A stretch of 40,151 nt of DNA, taken from the NCBI GenBank assembly GCA_033853455.1, contig JAWOLM010000050.1:1-40151 (forward strand), read 5' to 3'. A program made the translations under genes and the position numbers. Position 1 is the stretch's first letter; each line of letters begins with the position of its first letter. Shown here piece by piece: positions 1 to 9,303 of the stretch. The notes beneath the pieces are model-generated. The model saw only the letters and a program-made list of their open reading frames with translations, made no database searches and was not told the origin of the DNA. The DNA is from Nitrosotalea sp. GTDB lineage: Archaea; Thermoproteota; Nitrososphaeria; Nitrososphaerales; Nitrosopumilaceae.

Positions 1-68
1 TTATTTGGAGAAAGCAAAACTTTTCCCAGATTAATTGTATAAATTCTCTCTAGTGTTTCTGTTGACAA
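1..68 (-). CDS. rpl31e: 50S ribosomal protein L31e (5' part, runs off the window)
   Basis: Manual translation from TTG at 68: MSTETLERIYTINLGKVLLSPN; ERIYTINL is the typical L31e N-terminus; directly follows rpl39e as in archaeal operons. Confidence 0.88.
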   Translation of the reverse strand, partial: MSTETLERIYTINLGKVLLSPN

Positions 69-227
69 CTAACCAACCCTCACATCTGTTCGGCGCCACT
101 GTCTCCTCTTTGGGTTTGTTCTCACTCTTCGTTTTGTCTTTACTATAATCCAAGCTGGAACAGCTGAGTTTTGTCTTACCTTTCCCATCAGCCTGATCTT
201 TCTCGGAGTTGACTTGCGAGCAGCCAT
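69..227 (-). CDS. rpl39e: 50S ribosomal protein L39e (52 aa, not in ORF track)
   Basis: Manual translation MAARKSTPRKIRLMGKVRQNSAVPAWIIVKTKRRVRTNPKRRQWRRTDVRVG; QN..VP.W and R.WRR motifs of L39e. Confidence 0.95.
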   Translation of the reverse strand: MAARKSTPRKIRLMGKVRQNSAVPAWIIVKTKRRVRTNPKRRQWRRTDVRVG

Positions 228-278
228 AAAAGTTTGAGAATCTGGACCTCTTTTTAAATGAATCTAAGAATTATTGCC

Positions 279-860
279 TTACAGTAAACCGTGTGATGAC
301 AGTGTTACAGAAATCTGATGTAACATTCTTGCTGAAGCACCCCATATCAAATGGTTTTGAAATTTGAAGGTATACATCTCTTGAATAGATTTGTGTGCCG
401 GATCCGTATCGTCTTCCATGGTTTTTAAAAGTGGAATCAGCGGGATCTTCAAGATAGATTCTATCTCAGAGTTTGGCTTCATTTTAGGAATCTTTTCCTG
501 TACTGTGATAAAGGGTGTAATTGTAAATCCAGAATTCAAGGTAGTTACAGGTTTGAGCTGTCCTATTACTTGTTTTCTTGCTATGTCTACACCCATCTCC
601 TCTCCCGTCTCTCTTAGGGCAGTAGATACCAAGTCTTCATCCTCCTTTTGCCACCTACCACCAGGGAAGGATATCTCACCTGCATGATGATCCATGGTCT
701 TTGGACGCTCTGTCATGATTACAGAGGGTTGAGGTCCGTAAATTATCACAAGTACCGCTGCAAGTTTTGTATTCTTGTTTTTACTTACATCCGTAGTAAG
801 TGAGCCTGACAATGCAGTTTTTATTTTTTTAAGTTCCAATGCTATACCAATATTAGTCAT
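279..860 (-). CDS. Nudix hydrolase, CoA pyrophosphatase (NudL/PCD1-like)
   Basis: HAGEISFPGG...TALRETGEEMG Nudix box with upstream CoAse motif and IWGASA C-terminal motif. Confidence 0.9.
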   Translation of the reverse strand: MTNIGIALELKKIKTALSGSLTTDVSKNKNTKLAAVLVIIYGPQPSVIMTERPKTMDHHAGEISFPGGRWQKEDEDLVSTALRETGEEMGVDIARKQVIGQLKPVTTLNSGFTITPFITVQEKIPKMKPNSEIESILKIPLIPLLKTMEDDTDPAHKSIQEMYTFKFQNHLIWGASARMLHQISVTLSSHGLL

Positions 861-873
861 TTACTTTTTATAA

Positions 874-3390
874 TTATAATGCAAAATACTCGGCCTCAGG
901 ATGATGTACCACTATGGCAGCAGTAGATTGCTCAGGTACTATCTGACCCATTTCAGTAAGTGTCATACCCGACTTGTCTGGTTCGAGTAGTTTCCAGACA
1001 ATAGAATGTTGGGAAACATCAGGACAGCTTGGATAGCCCCAACTGTATCGCAGTCCTCGCTTTTGCCCAATCTTTAGCTCATCTCTTGCTCTTTGATTTA
1101 TCCATGCAGCCATTGCCTCTGCTGTCTCAACTGCAAGTCCATGCAGATAATATGCATCAGTATACTTGTCCTCCTTGTTCCACTTTTCAATTATCTGAGA
1201 AACCTTGTTTCCAACTGTTACCGCCTGAAAAGATACAATATCATCTTCTCCAAAATAATCAGCAAGACACAAATGTTTTGCTCGAGTAGATCGTGGAAAC
1301 TCAAAAACTAGCTTTTCTCCGTTTGGATGGTCTACTGTCAGAGTTTCATCTTTTCCGTGACATTTGAAATATCCGTACACAGCACGCGGCTCGAATAATT
1401 TTTCTGTAAGAATTTTTTTCTTCCAATCCTCAAGAAGTTTTTCGTGCTCGGCTTCTGAATCTTTTGCAGACTTGCCTCTGAGTCCCCAAGATAAGACAAA
1501 AAGTGATTTTTTGTCAAGAAACTTCCATATCTCATTTAGGTCAATATCCTTCGGTTCAAATCTAATTACCTTGTTGATGTGAGGAGGAACTGGTGCGGGA
1601 ACTGGCTTGACTGTACTGCGTTCAATTTTTTCACCAGCAGCTCTCTCGACTACCGTTTCTGTCCACTTTGCAATTCGCTCTCTCCACTGCTCAACAAACT
1701 TTTGTTTGTCGTTTGAAACAAGATTATCCATAGTCTTGAGCCCATCAAACATGGTCTTGCAGTAAAAGACTCCGGCTTGGTATATTCCACCTTCCTTCGC
1801 GATTCTGTTTATGTAGTTGCTGTTGATTGCAGCCCCACCACATAGTACAGGAATTCGCATATTGTTTTTTCTTGCGTGTTCGACAAAAAACTGCATCTGC
1901 TTTGAAGTTGAAACAAGAAGTGCTGACAGTCCTACTGCGTCAGCTTTAACTTCGTCAATCTTATCAAGAAACTTTTGCATTGGAACCTGTTTTCCCAAAT
2001 CATATACAGTGTATCCGTTGTTCTCAAAAATTGTTTTTACAAGATTTTTTCCAATGTCGTGTACATCACCGTATACAGTTCCAAGCACCAATTTTCCCTT
2101 TGTACTTCCCTCCTCTTTTAGAAGATATTTTTCAAGCTCTGCTACCGCCGCCTTCATGCATTCAGCAGATTTTAACACAAAGGGAAGTATGAGCTCTCCT
2201 GCCCCAAACTTGTCACCCACTTCCTTCATTGCTGGCAACAGGTCATCGTTTAGTGTCTGAATTGCTGCATTGTGTGTGACTTCCTTTGGTGCATGAATTG
2301 TAACCTTGCCATCTTTTTCTTTTATCTCGTGTTTTTGAGAGATCTTTTCAGATATTGCACTGACAACATCTCTTTCAATGCCATCACGAATCCTGTTTAC
2401 TATTCTAAAGTTAGAACGTCTGCCAGCAGGCCATGAGGGATCCACTTCAATTTTCTTTGTCGAAACACTGGCAGTTGTCTTTGTTGTCTCAAAGTGTGCG
2501 ATAAACTCTGCAAGGGCATTTGGATGTTTGTTGAATATTAGATCTTCAGCAAGATTTCTCTCTTTTTCATCTATCTCCGTATATGGGATCACATCTTTTG
2601 GATTTATTATGACAGTGTCAAGGCCTGCCTTTACTGCATGATACAGAAATATTGCATTCAGTATCTTTCTTGCCCTTGGAGCAAGTCCAAAACTTACATT
2701 GCTCAATCCAAGTGTTGTAAAGGAGTTTGGGAATCTTTTCTTGACTAGACTTATTCCCTCCAAAGTATTTTTTCCAGCATCAAGAAATTCTGCTTCACCT
2801 GTAGCCAGTGTAAAAGTAAGAACGTCAAAGATGAAATGCTCTTCTCCTAGACCGTATTTTTTTCCAGTTTCAACAAGTAGTTCGGCAGTTTCCAATTTTT
2901 CCTTTGGAGTCTTTGCCATACCTTTTGGCCCAATGCACATGGCAATGGCGGGAACGCCATACTTTGTCATCAATGGTGCAAGCGAATGAAACCTGCTCCC
3001 GTCTCCTTCAAGGTTAATTGAGTTGATTATTGGTTTTCCAGGAATCTGCTCTAAAGCTGCGGCTATCACTCTTGGTTCAGTTGAATCAATCACAAGAGGA
3101 GATTCTATCTCAAGGCTTAGCAGTTTCACAAGTTTTTTCATAAACTCGAGCTCATCTGCGCGCTCTGTTGTCGCAACACATACATCTAGACAATGCGCTC
3201 CGTCATCTACCTGATCCCGTGCTATCTTTACCAGTTCTTCAAAATTATCGCCTAGAACGTACTCTTTTGCCTTTTTTGATCCTTGTGCATTCAGTCTCTC
3301 ACCTATGATAAGCGGCGCTGGGTCTTGTCGTAATTCTACTGCCTTAAGTGCTGAACTTACTCTAATCTCTTTCAATACAGTCACTTTCAA
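874..3390 (-). CDS. metH: Cobalamin-dependent methionine synthase, C-terminal part (pterin-binding, cap/B12-binding and reactivation domains)
   Basis: IIGERLNAQGS pterin-domain start, GDVHDIGKN (DxHxxG) B12 motif, GLRYSWGYPSCPD activation-domain motif. Confidence 0.93.
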   Translation of the reverse strand: MKVTVLKEIRVSSALKAVELRQDPAPLIIGERLNAQGSKKAKEYVLGDNFEELVKIARDQVDDGAHCLDVCVATTERADELEFMKKLVKLLSLEIESPLVIDSTEPRVIAAALEQIPGKPIINSINLEGDGSRFHSLAPLMTKYGVPAIAMCIGPKGMAKTPKEKLETAELLVETGKKYGLGEEHFIFDVLTFTLATGEAEFLDAGKNTLEGISLVKKRFPNSFTTLGLSNVSFGLAPRARKILNAIFLYHAVKAGLDTVIINPKDVIPYTEIDEKERNLAEDLIFNKHPNALAEFIAHFETTKTTASVSTKKIEVDPSWPAGRRSNFRIVNRIRDGIERDVVSAISEKISQKHEIKEKDGKVTIHAPKEVTHNAAIQTLNDDLLPAMKEVGDKFGAGELILPFVLKSAECMKAAVAELEKYLLKEEGSTKGKLVLGTVYGDVHDIGKNLVKTIFENNGYTVYDLGKQVPMQKFLDKIDEVKADAVGLSALLVSTSKQMQFFVEHARKNNMRIPVLCGGAAINSNYINRIAKEGGIYQAGVFYCKTMFDGLKTMDNLVSNDKQKFVEQWRERIAKWTETVVERAAGEKIERSTVKPVPAPVPPHINKVIRFEPKDIDLNEIWKFLDKKSLFVLSWGLRGKSAKDSEAEHEKLLEDWKKKILTEKLFEPRAVYGYFKCHGKDETLTVDHPNGEKLVFEFPRSTRAKHLCLADYFGEDDIVSFQAVTVGNKVSQIIEKWNKEDKYTDAYYLHGLAVETAEAMAAWINQRARDELKIGQKRGLRYSWGYPSCPDVSQHSIVWKLLEPDKSGMTLTEMGQIVPEQSTAAIVVHHPEAEYFAL

Positions 3391-3407
3391 TTACTTTTTC
3401 TAAATAC

Positions 3408-4385
3408 CTAGCGCCTATTTTCTGATTGCTTTTCATCAATTATTTTTCGTAAAAGTGCTATATGATCTGCATTGGTTCCACAACAGCCGCCTATTATTCT
3501 GATTTTTTTGTACTGCGACAAGAAATCCTTCATTACTTTGGACATGTCATCTGGAGTCATCTTGTATACTGCCCTGCCTCCTTGGTTTTCTGGCATTCCA
3601 GCATTTGGTACAACAAGTAAAGGTAGACCATCTTGTTCATTGAGCCATTGCACACTTGGAGTCATCTCAGTAGGACCGGTAGAACAATTGAGTCCAAATG
3701 CGTCTACTCCCATCTCAGATACAGTGGTATATGCAGCTTGGACGTTTGTACCAAGAAGCATCTTTCCATATTTGTCAAGTGTGATGTTTGCAATGATTGG
3801 GATTTTCTTTCCTGTCTTTTTCATTGCATTGTGGCATGCCTCTATTGCAAGCTTTACCTCCAAGATGTCTTGACTTGTCTCAATTAGCAATGCATCCACT
3901 CCGCCAAGTATAAGCCCCTCGGCTTGAATTTCAAACGCTTCTCTAATTTTTTCTAGAGGGATTTGGCCAAGTGAAGGATCGTTTGAGCTTGGCAAAAATC
4001 CTGTAGGTCCCATTGAACCAATTACATATCGCGGTTTATTGTCAAACTCTTTTGCAACGCTTACTGCAAGCTCTGCAATTTTTTTGTTAAACTCTAGCGT
4101 TTTGTCACCATAACCATATTCTTCTAGCTTGAGCTTGTTTGAGCCAAAAGTGTTAGTCTCGATGCAGTCAGCTCCTGCTTTGAGATAACTTCTGTGAATA
4201 TTTTTTATCCATTCCGGCCTAGTAAAAGACAGTCCGTCGTTGAAGCCATCTTTTCCATCTGGAAAGTCTTCTGGTTTTGGGTTTAGTTTTTGAATTTCTG
4301 TACCCATTGCACCATCAAAGAGTACTACTCTTTGTTTCATCAATATATCAAGAGGGATTTTTGTTGCCAACAGTAAGTGGTCCAT
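3408..4385 (-). CDS. metH: Methionine synthase homocysteine-binding (S-methyltransferase) subunit; start may be a few codons downstream
   Basis: FDGAMGT, GLNCS and IGGCCGT Zn-binding motifs; adjacent to the C-terminal MetH gene. Confidence 0.92.
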   Translation of the reverse strand: MDHLLLATKIPLDILMKQRVVLFDGAMGTEIQKLNPKPEDFPDGKDGFNDGLSFTRPEWIKNIHRSYLKAGADCIETNTFGSNKLKLEEYGYGDKTLEFNKKIAELAVSVAKEFDNKPRYVIGSMGPTGFLPSSNDPSLGQIPLEKIREAFEIQAEGLILGGVDALLIETSQDILEVKLAIEACHNAMKKTGKKIPIIANITLDKYGKMLLGTNVQAAYTTVSEMGVDAFGLNCSTGPTEMTPSVQWLNEQDGLPLLVVPNAGMPENQGGRAVYKMTPDDMSKVMKDFLSQYKKIRIIGGCCGTNADHIALLRKIIDEKQSENRR

Positions 4386-4468
4386 GTTTTAATGTATTAA
4401 TTTTCTTTTGTTTTGCCATCAGTCAACTGCCTTCAAAGGTTATAATCAAGTAGTCGTGACACTCTTTT

Positions 4469-5224
4469 ATGACAATAATTTATGAATTAAATCCTCCAAA
4501 GGTAATTCAGGATACCGTTCTTTCTCATAAAGAGTTGCAGGAATCAGTTGACAAGTTCAAATCAAAATCAGCAATGGTAAGCAAAGTCTGCAACGGCATA
4601 CATGTAACAGACTCTGTACTTGGCATCCCACGCATATCGCCCATAACGGCAGGATTCTTTGTCAAGAATGCCAATAGCAAGATTAGAATCTCTGCAAGCG
4701 TGAGAGTGAGAGACAGGAACCATACGTCTATTACTCAGACCGTTTGTGATGCCATACTTTTGAATCTCAATGGCGTATTGATAGTAAAAGGCGACCCTCC
4801 CCCCACAGGCCCAAAAGATTCCAGGCTTGTTCCAAGCGAAGTGGTAAAACAATTCAACGAACAAGGTTTTGGAAAAAAAATTGACCTCTATCTTTCAATT
4901 TCAAGCAACCCGAATTTTGATAAAATTCACAAAAAAATCGAGGCTCAGCCAAAAGGATTTGTCACCCAGGTGGTTAGCTCAGAAGATCAGGTAACAAGGA
5001 TTGTAGACAAGCTCAAACCTCAAGGGTTTACTGTCATACCATGTGTTTTATTGGCATCTGAACTTAATCAAAAATCTGCAAAGATGCTCAATCTTGACTG
5101 GTCAGAATATAGCAAAGATATGGTAGGATTTGTAAATAAAGTTCACAAAATTGCAGGCAATGTGCTTTTGAGCTCTCCAAATGATTTCAAAGGTGCGTTG
5201 AATCTGCTCAAGAATCTCAAGTGA
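4469..5224 (+). CDS. metF: Methylenetetrahydrofolate reductase-like FAD TIM-barrel protein
   Basis: YELNPPK start, VTDS, RVRDRN, L.VKGDPP and FVTQ motifs resemble MTHFR; divergent from the metH genes. Confidence 0.72.
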   Translation: MTIIYELNPPKVIQDTVLSHKELQESVDKFKSKSAMVSKVCNGIHVTDSVLGIPRISPITAGFFVKNANSKIRISASVRVRDRNHTSITQTVCDAILLNLNGVLIVKGDPPPTGPKDSRLVPSEVVKQFNEQGFGKKIDLYLSISSNPNFDKIHKKIEAQPKGFVTQVVSSEDQVTRIVDKLKPQGFTVIPCVLLASELNQKSAKMLNLDWSEYSKDMVGFVNKVHKIAGNVLLSSPNDFKGALNLLKNLK

Positions 5225-5239
5225 TTTATCAAAAATTGA

Positions 5240-6001
5240 TTATGTCGATGGTCCCCATCGTGACATGACAGTTTTTTCGAGTCTTTTGAAGAGAAAGCCA
5301 TCCACTAAAATTCCAATTATCATTATCACAATCAAAATGGATATCACTTGAGAGATGTCATTGCTCTTGTTACCAATATTCATCAAAGAGCCTAACCCTA
5401 GAACGGCAAAGATGACCTCTGCTGATATTACTCCACGCCATGCATACGCCCATCCTTGTTTGAAACCAGAGATCAAATGTGGAAATGATGCAGGTATTAT
5501 TACACTTGTTATGAGTTGTATTCCACTTGCGCCCAAGTTTTTCCCAGCAGCAATGAAGGAAGGCGGCACATTTTTTATCCCAGAGTAAGTGTTCATAGCT
5601 ACTGCAAATAAGGCACCTATAACAGTGACAAATATCACACCGCCATCAGTTTTGCCGAACCATAAGAAAGCCAAAGGCACCCAGGCAACAGATGGTATTG
5701 ATTGTAATCCAAGAAGAAGCGAGCCTACCATCTGGTTTACCGTCTCAAATCTTGCAATAAGTATGCCCAGTGCCATCCCAGCTGCTATCGCAATCACAAG
5801 CCCTACTGATAGCCGCCACAAGCTTGTTGCGGTACCATATAGCAAACTGCCATCAGATACTCCTTTAGCTAGTGCGTGTCCTACTTCATATGGTGAAGGT
5901 ATCACTTGTTCTGGCACCAGATGCAAAGAAAAGACTAGTTGCCATACAGCAACAATTCCGACATAGAAAATTATTCTATTTGTAATTTTTTTTCTTGCCA
6001 A
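5240..6001 (-). CDS. ABC transporter permease, nitrate/sulfonate/taurine (SsuC/TauC) family
   Basis: Multiple TM helices, QSIPSVAWVPL, EAA-like loop AAGKNLGAS, AWRGVISAE...GLG. Confidence 0.88.
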   Translation of the reverse strand: MARKKITNRIIFYVGIVAVWQLVFSLHLVPEQVIPSPYEVGHALAKGVSDGSLLYGTATSLWRLSVGLVIAIAAGMALGILIARFETVNQMVGSLLLGLQSIPSVAWVPLAFLWFGKTDGGVIFVTVIGALFAVAMNTYSGIKNVPPSFIAAGKNLGASGIQLITSVIIPASFPHLISGFKQGWAYAWRGVISAEVIFAVLGLGSLMNIGNKSNDISQVISILIVIMIIGILVDGFLFKRLEKTVMSRWGPST

Positions 6002-6003
6002 CT

Positions 6004-6777
6004 TTAATCACTAATTTTCTTTTGCTCTATGATCTCGCTCTTTAGTTCTTGAATTATCGCATGTTGATATTTTAAAAGATTTTCATCTTCTGCTAATCTC
6101 GGTCTTCTATAATCAATTACAATTTCTTTTTTAATTTTTGAGGGTCTATGTTTGAATATAGCAACGCGGTTTCCTAAAATCACAGATTCTGCAATATTAT
6201 GGGTAACAAAAACAATGGTCTTTTTTGTTCGCTCCCAAATCAATTGCAGTTCAACCAATAACAAGTCTCTTGTTTGCGAATCTAGCGCGGCAAATGGTTC
6301 GTCCATAAGAAGGATTTCTGGATCCAATGCTAATGCTCTAGCAATTGCCACTCTTTGCTTCATTCCAGTTGATAATTGGTAAATGTATGAATCAGCAAAC
6401 TTGGTAAGTTGCATCATGTCGAGATATCGTTGCGATATCTGTCTTCGCTCCTCTTTTGGTATGCCTGCCACTTTTAGACCAAACTCTACGTTATCAATTA
6501 CTTTGAGCCAAGGAAAGAGCGCACCTTCCTGAAAGACCATGGTTCTGTCAGGCCCAGGAGTCGAGATCAACTTACCGTTTAGAAGAATTTCTCCTGAATC
6601 TGGTTTTTCAAGTCCTGCGACAATATTTAGAAACGTGGACTTGCCACATCCAGAAGGACCAACCAAGCAAACAAAATCTCCTTCTTCCACGTTCAGATTA
6701 ATTCCATCAAGTGCAAGAACACGGTTACCGTTGTGATCAAAATGTTTTACAATATTTTTTGCCTGAAGTTTCGTCAT
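6004..6777 (-). CDS. ABC transporter ATP-binding protein, SsuB/TauB/NrtD family
   Basis: Walker A GPSGCGKST, signature LSTGMKQR, Walker B LLMDEPF; start placed at ATG 6777 (MTKLQAK), preceded by GGAG, rather than the ORF-track 7020. Confidence 0.92.
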   Translation of the reverse strand: MTKLQAKNIVKHFDHNGNRVLALDGINLNVEEGDFVCLVGPSGCGKSTFLNIVAGLEKPDSGEILLNGKLISTPGPDRTMVFQEGALFPWLKVIDNVEFGLKVAGIPKEERRQISQRYLDMMQLTKFADSYIYQLSTGMKQRVAIARALALDPEILLMDEPFAALDSQTRDLLLVELQLIWERTKKTIVFVTHNIAESVILGNRVAIFKHRPSKIKKEIVIDYRRPRLAEDENLLKYQHAIIQELKSEIIEQKKISD

Positions 6778-7019
6778 TGAAAATCTGCTCCACTCCAATC
6801 TTTGCGATAGGATATACTCTGAGATGTGCCCGTAAAGGGATTCAAATTCATATAACAGCGTTATAATGGTGTGGTTAAATAGTGTTCGAATTTTAGCTTG
6901 GACTAATTCACTGCGTCTCATCATCTTGAAAATAATTTTACAATTTTTTTGGCGCAAAAATAGATCAGAATTTAAGATCATAAAAGATAAATGCGAAAAT
7001 TTGATCACACAAAACCTCA

Positions 7020-8207
7020 ATGAAAGAAAAAGCAGTTTTAGCTTTCTCTGGCGGATTAGATACTTCAGTTGTAATAAAATATCTTCAAGAGAAACATGAC
7101 ATGGATGTTGTTACCATTACAGTTGATGTCGGACAAGGAGATGATCTCAAAAAAATTGCAACAAAGGCAAAAAAACTCGGAGTTGTGAGGCATTACAACG
7201 TTGACGCAAAAAACGAGTTTGTTTCTAATTTCATCATACCGTCAATCAAGGCAAATGCGTTATACCAGAAAAAATATTGTCTTGCAACAGCACTGGCAAG
7301 ACCACTGATTGCACAAAAAGTTGTAGAGATTGCAAAAAAAGAGAATGCCGGTGCGCTGGCTCATGGCTGCACAGGCAAAGGAAACGATCAGGTGCGATTT
7401 GATGTCACGATGCGTTCAGGCTCTTCGCTTCCAATCATTGCGCCAATACGTGATCTCAATCTTACTCGTGATGTCGAACTAAAATTTGCAAAAAAGCACG
7501 GAATTCCAATCGATATGGCGGCAAAAAGATTCAGTATAGACCAAAACTTGTGGGGAAGGGCAATCGAAGGTGGTGAGCTGGAAGACGCGTTTTCAGAACC
7601 ACCAGATGACGCGTTCATCTGGGTCAAGACAAAGAACTTGCCTGACAGGCCACAATATCTTGAGATAAAGTTCGACCAAGGAGTTCCAGTCGCAGTTGAC
7701 GGTAAGAGCCTAAAACCAATCGATCTAATCCAACACATCAACAAAAAAGCAGGTGCATCCGGAGTTGGCATAGTCGATCACATTGAAGACAGGGTAGTTG
7801 GAATAAAATCGCGTGAAGTGTACGAAACACCTGCGGCACTCTGCCTCATTGAGGCACATACAGATCTGGAAAAGATGGTTCTCACAAAGCATGAGTTGAA
7901 ATTCAAATCAATGGTAGATTCTGAATGGGCATGGCTTGTATATTCTGGTCTTTGGCAAGATCCTTTGAAAACTGATTTAGATATGTTTATCAATGCGTCA
8001 CAGAAGAGAGTTAGCGGAACTGTAAAGCTAAAAATGTTCAAAGGAAGTCTAAGAGTTGTTGGAAGAAAATCAAGTTATTCGTTATACAGTCATGATTTGG
8101 CAACATATGGTTCAGGTTCCACCTTTGACCAAACTCTTGCAAAAGGGTTTGTAGAATTGTGGGGACTGCAATCAACAGAAGCTAATAAATTACTAAAAAA
8201 GAGGTGA
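7020..8207 (+). CDS. argG: Argininosuccinate synthase
   Basis: AFSGGLDTS, AHGCTGKGNDQVRF, SIDQNLWGR, GIKSREVYETP motifs. Confidence 0.97.
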   Translation: MKEKAVLAFSGGLDTSVVIKYLQEKHDMDVVTITVDVGQGDDLKKIATKAKKLGVVRHYNVDAKNEFVSNFIIPSIKANALYQKKYCLATALARPLIAQKVVEIAKKENAGALAHGCTGKGNDQVRFDVTMRSGSSLPIIAPIRDLNLTRDVELKFAKKHGIPIDMAAKRFSIDQNLWGRAIEGGELEDAFSEPPDDAFIWVKTKNLPDRPQYLEIKFDQGVPVAVDGKSLKPIDLIQHINKKAGASGVGIVDHIEDRVVGIKSREVYETPAALCLIEAHTDLEKMVLTKHELKFKSMVDSEWAWLVYSGLWQDPLKTDLDMFINASQKRVSGTVKLKMFKGSLRVVGRKSSYSLYSHDLATYGSGSTFDQTLAKGFVELWGLQSTEANKLLKKR

Positions 8208-8218
8208 AAGATCAAAGA

Positions 8219-8386
8219 ATGAATTGTCCAGAATGTGATGCAAATTTGAAAATTCCAGGCGACGCAAGTGTAGGAGAAATAGTCTCCTGTCCAGATTGTG
8301 GCGCAGATTTCGAGATTGCATCAAAGAATGGTTCAGTGTGCGAGCTAAAGCACGCTGAGAAAGTAGGCGAAGATTGGGGAGAATAA
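8219..8386 (+). CDS. lysW: Amino-group carrier protein LysW/ArgW, copy 1 (C-terminal EDWGE)
   Basis: CPEC...CPDCG zinc ribbon and canonical C-terminal EDWGE; ATG at 8219. Confidence 0.95.
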   Translation: MNCPECDANLKIPGDASVGEIVSCPDCGADFEIASKNGSVCELKHAEKVGEDWGE

Positions 8387-9244
8387 ATGCCCAAAGTCCG
8401 TATCGTGTTCGATAGAATAAGACTAGAGGAAAAAATGCTCGAGGAAAAAGCAATCGAGCTTGGACATGATACAAAGATGATAGATGCCAAGACAACTAAC
8501 ATCAGTACAGAAAGCAAGAAAAGTGATTTTGATTTTGGCGATGTTGTGCTTGAAAGGTGCGTTAGCTATTTTCGAGGACTGCATTTTACAGCTTGTCTAG
8601 AATTTCTTGATGTCCCAATACTTAACACTCTTCAAGTTGCAACAAACTGTGGAAACAAGTTACTGACATCATTGTTACTAAAAAAACACAACGTTCCCAC
8701 CCCAACGACTCATTTCTCATTTTCATCAGAATCTGCAATGGAGACCCTTGACAAGCACGGTTATCCGCTTGTCATAAAACCAATCATAGGCAGCTGGGGA
8801 AGGGGGGTAATACTGCTAAAGGATAGAGAAATAGCAGACGCAATAATGGAAGTAAGAGAACTAAGTGACGGCCCGCTTGACAGGATTTATTATTTACAAG
8901 AGGCAATCAAGAGGCCTCCAAGGGATATACGGGCAATAGCAGTAGGAGACAGGGTGATAGCTGCAATGTATAGGACGTCAACTGGTGGCTTTAAGACAAA
9001 TATTGCCCTTGGCGGAGAGCCAATGCCCTGCGAGATTACAAAAGAGCTTGAAGATATCTGTATAAGATCATCAAGAGCTGTCGGTGGAGGAATTCTTGGG
9101 ATTGACGTGATGGAAGACGAGAAACGAGGATTTGTAGTACATGAAGTCAACAATACTGTAGAGTTTAAAGGACTAGCAAAGGTTGCCAAACGCAACATTC
9201 CAAAAGAAATGATCGAGTTTGCAGTAAATTCGACTCGCAGATAA
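8387..9244 (+). CDS. argX: ATP-grasp LysW ligase, ArgX-type (glutamate--LysW ligase)
   Basis: RimK/LysX family (KPIIGSWGRG, RDIR, HEVN); EFKGL matches the ArgX G-F-type signature; adjacent to argG. Confidence 0.82.
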   Translation: MPKVRIVFDRIRLEEKMLEEKAIELGHDTKMIDAKTTNISTESKKSDFDFGDVVLERCVSYFRGLHFTACLEFLDVPILNTLQVATNCGNKLLTSLLLKKHNVPTPTTHFSFSSESAMETLDKHGYPLVIKPIIGSWGRGVILLKDREIADAIMEVRELSDGPLDRIYYLQEAIKRPPRDIRAIAVGDRVIAAMYRTSTGGFKTNIALGGEPMPCEITKELEDICIRSSRAVGGGILGIDVMEDEKRGFVVHEVNNTVEFKGLAKVAKRNIPKEMIEFAVNSTRR

Positions 9245-9303
9245 AATAAGAATTTGAAAATTTTAGAGTTTAAATTATACTATGTTATGCTAGGAGATCA
9301 CTT

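Noticed and set aside
6778-7020. 81-codon N-terminal extension of the ABC ATPase in the ORF track
   Set aside because: It runs through the argG promoter region and is not protein-like; an SD-preceded ATG at 6777 gives a normal-length ATPase
6866-7099. 77-aa plus-strand ORF before argG
   Set aside because: Overlaps argG out of frame and spans regulatory DNA; no motifs
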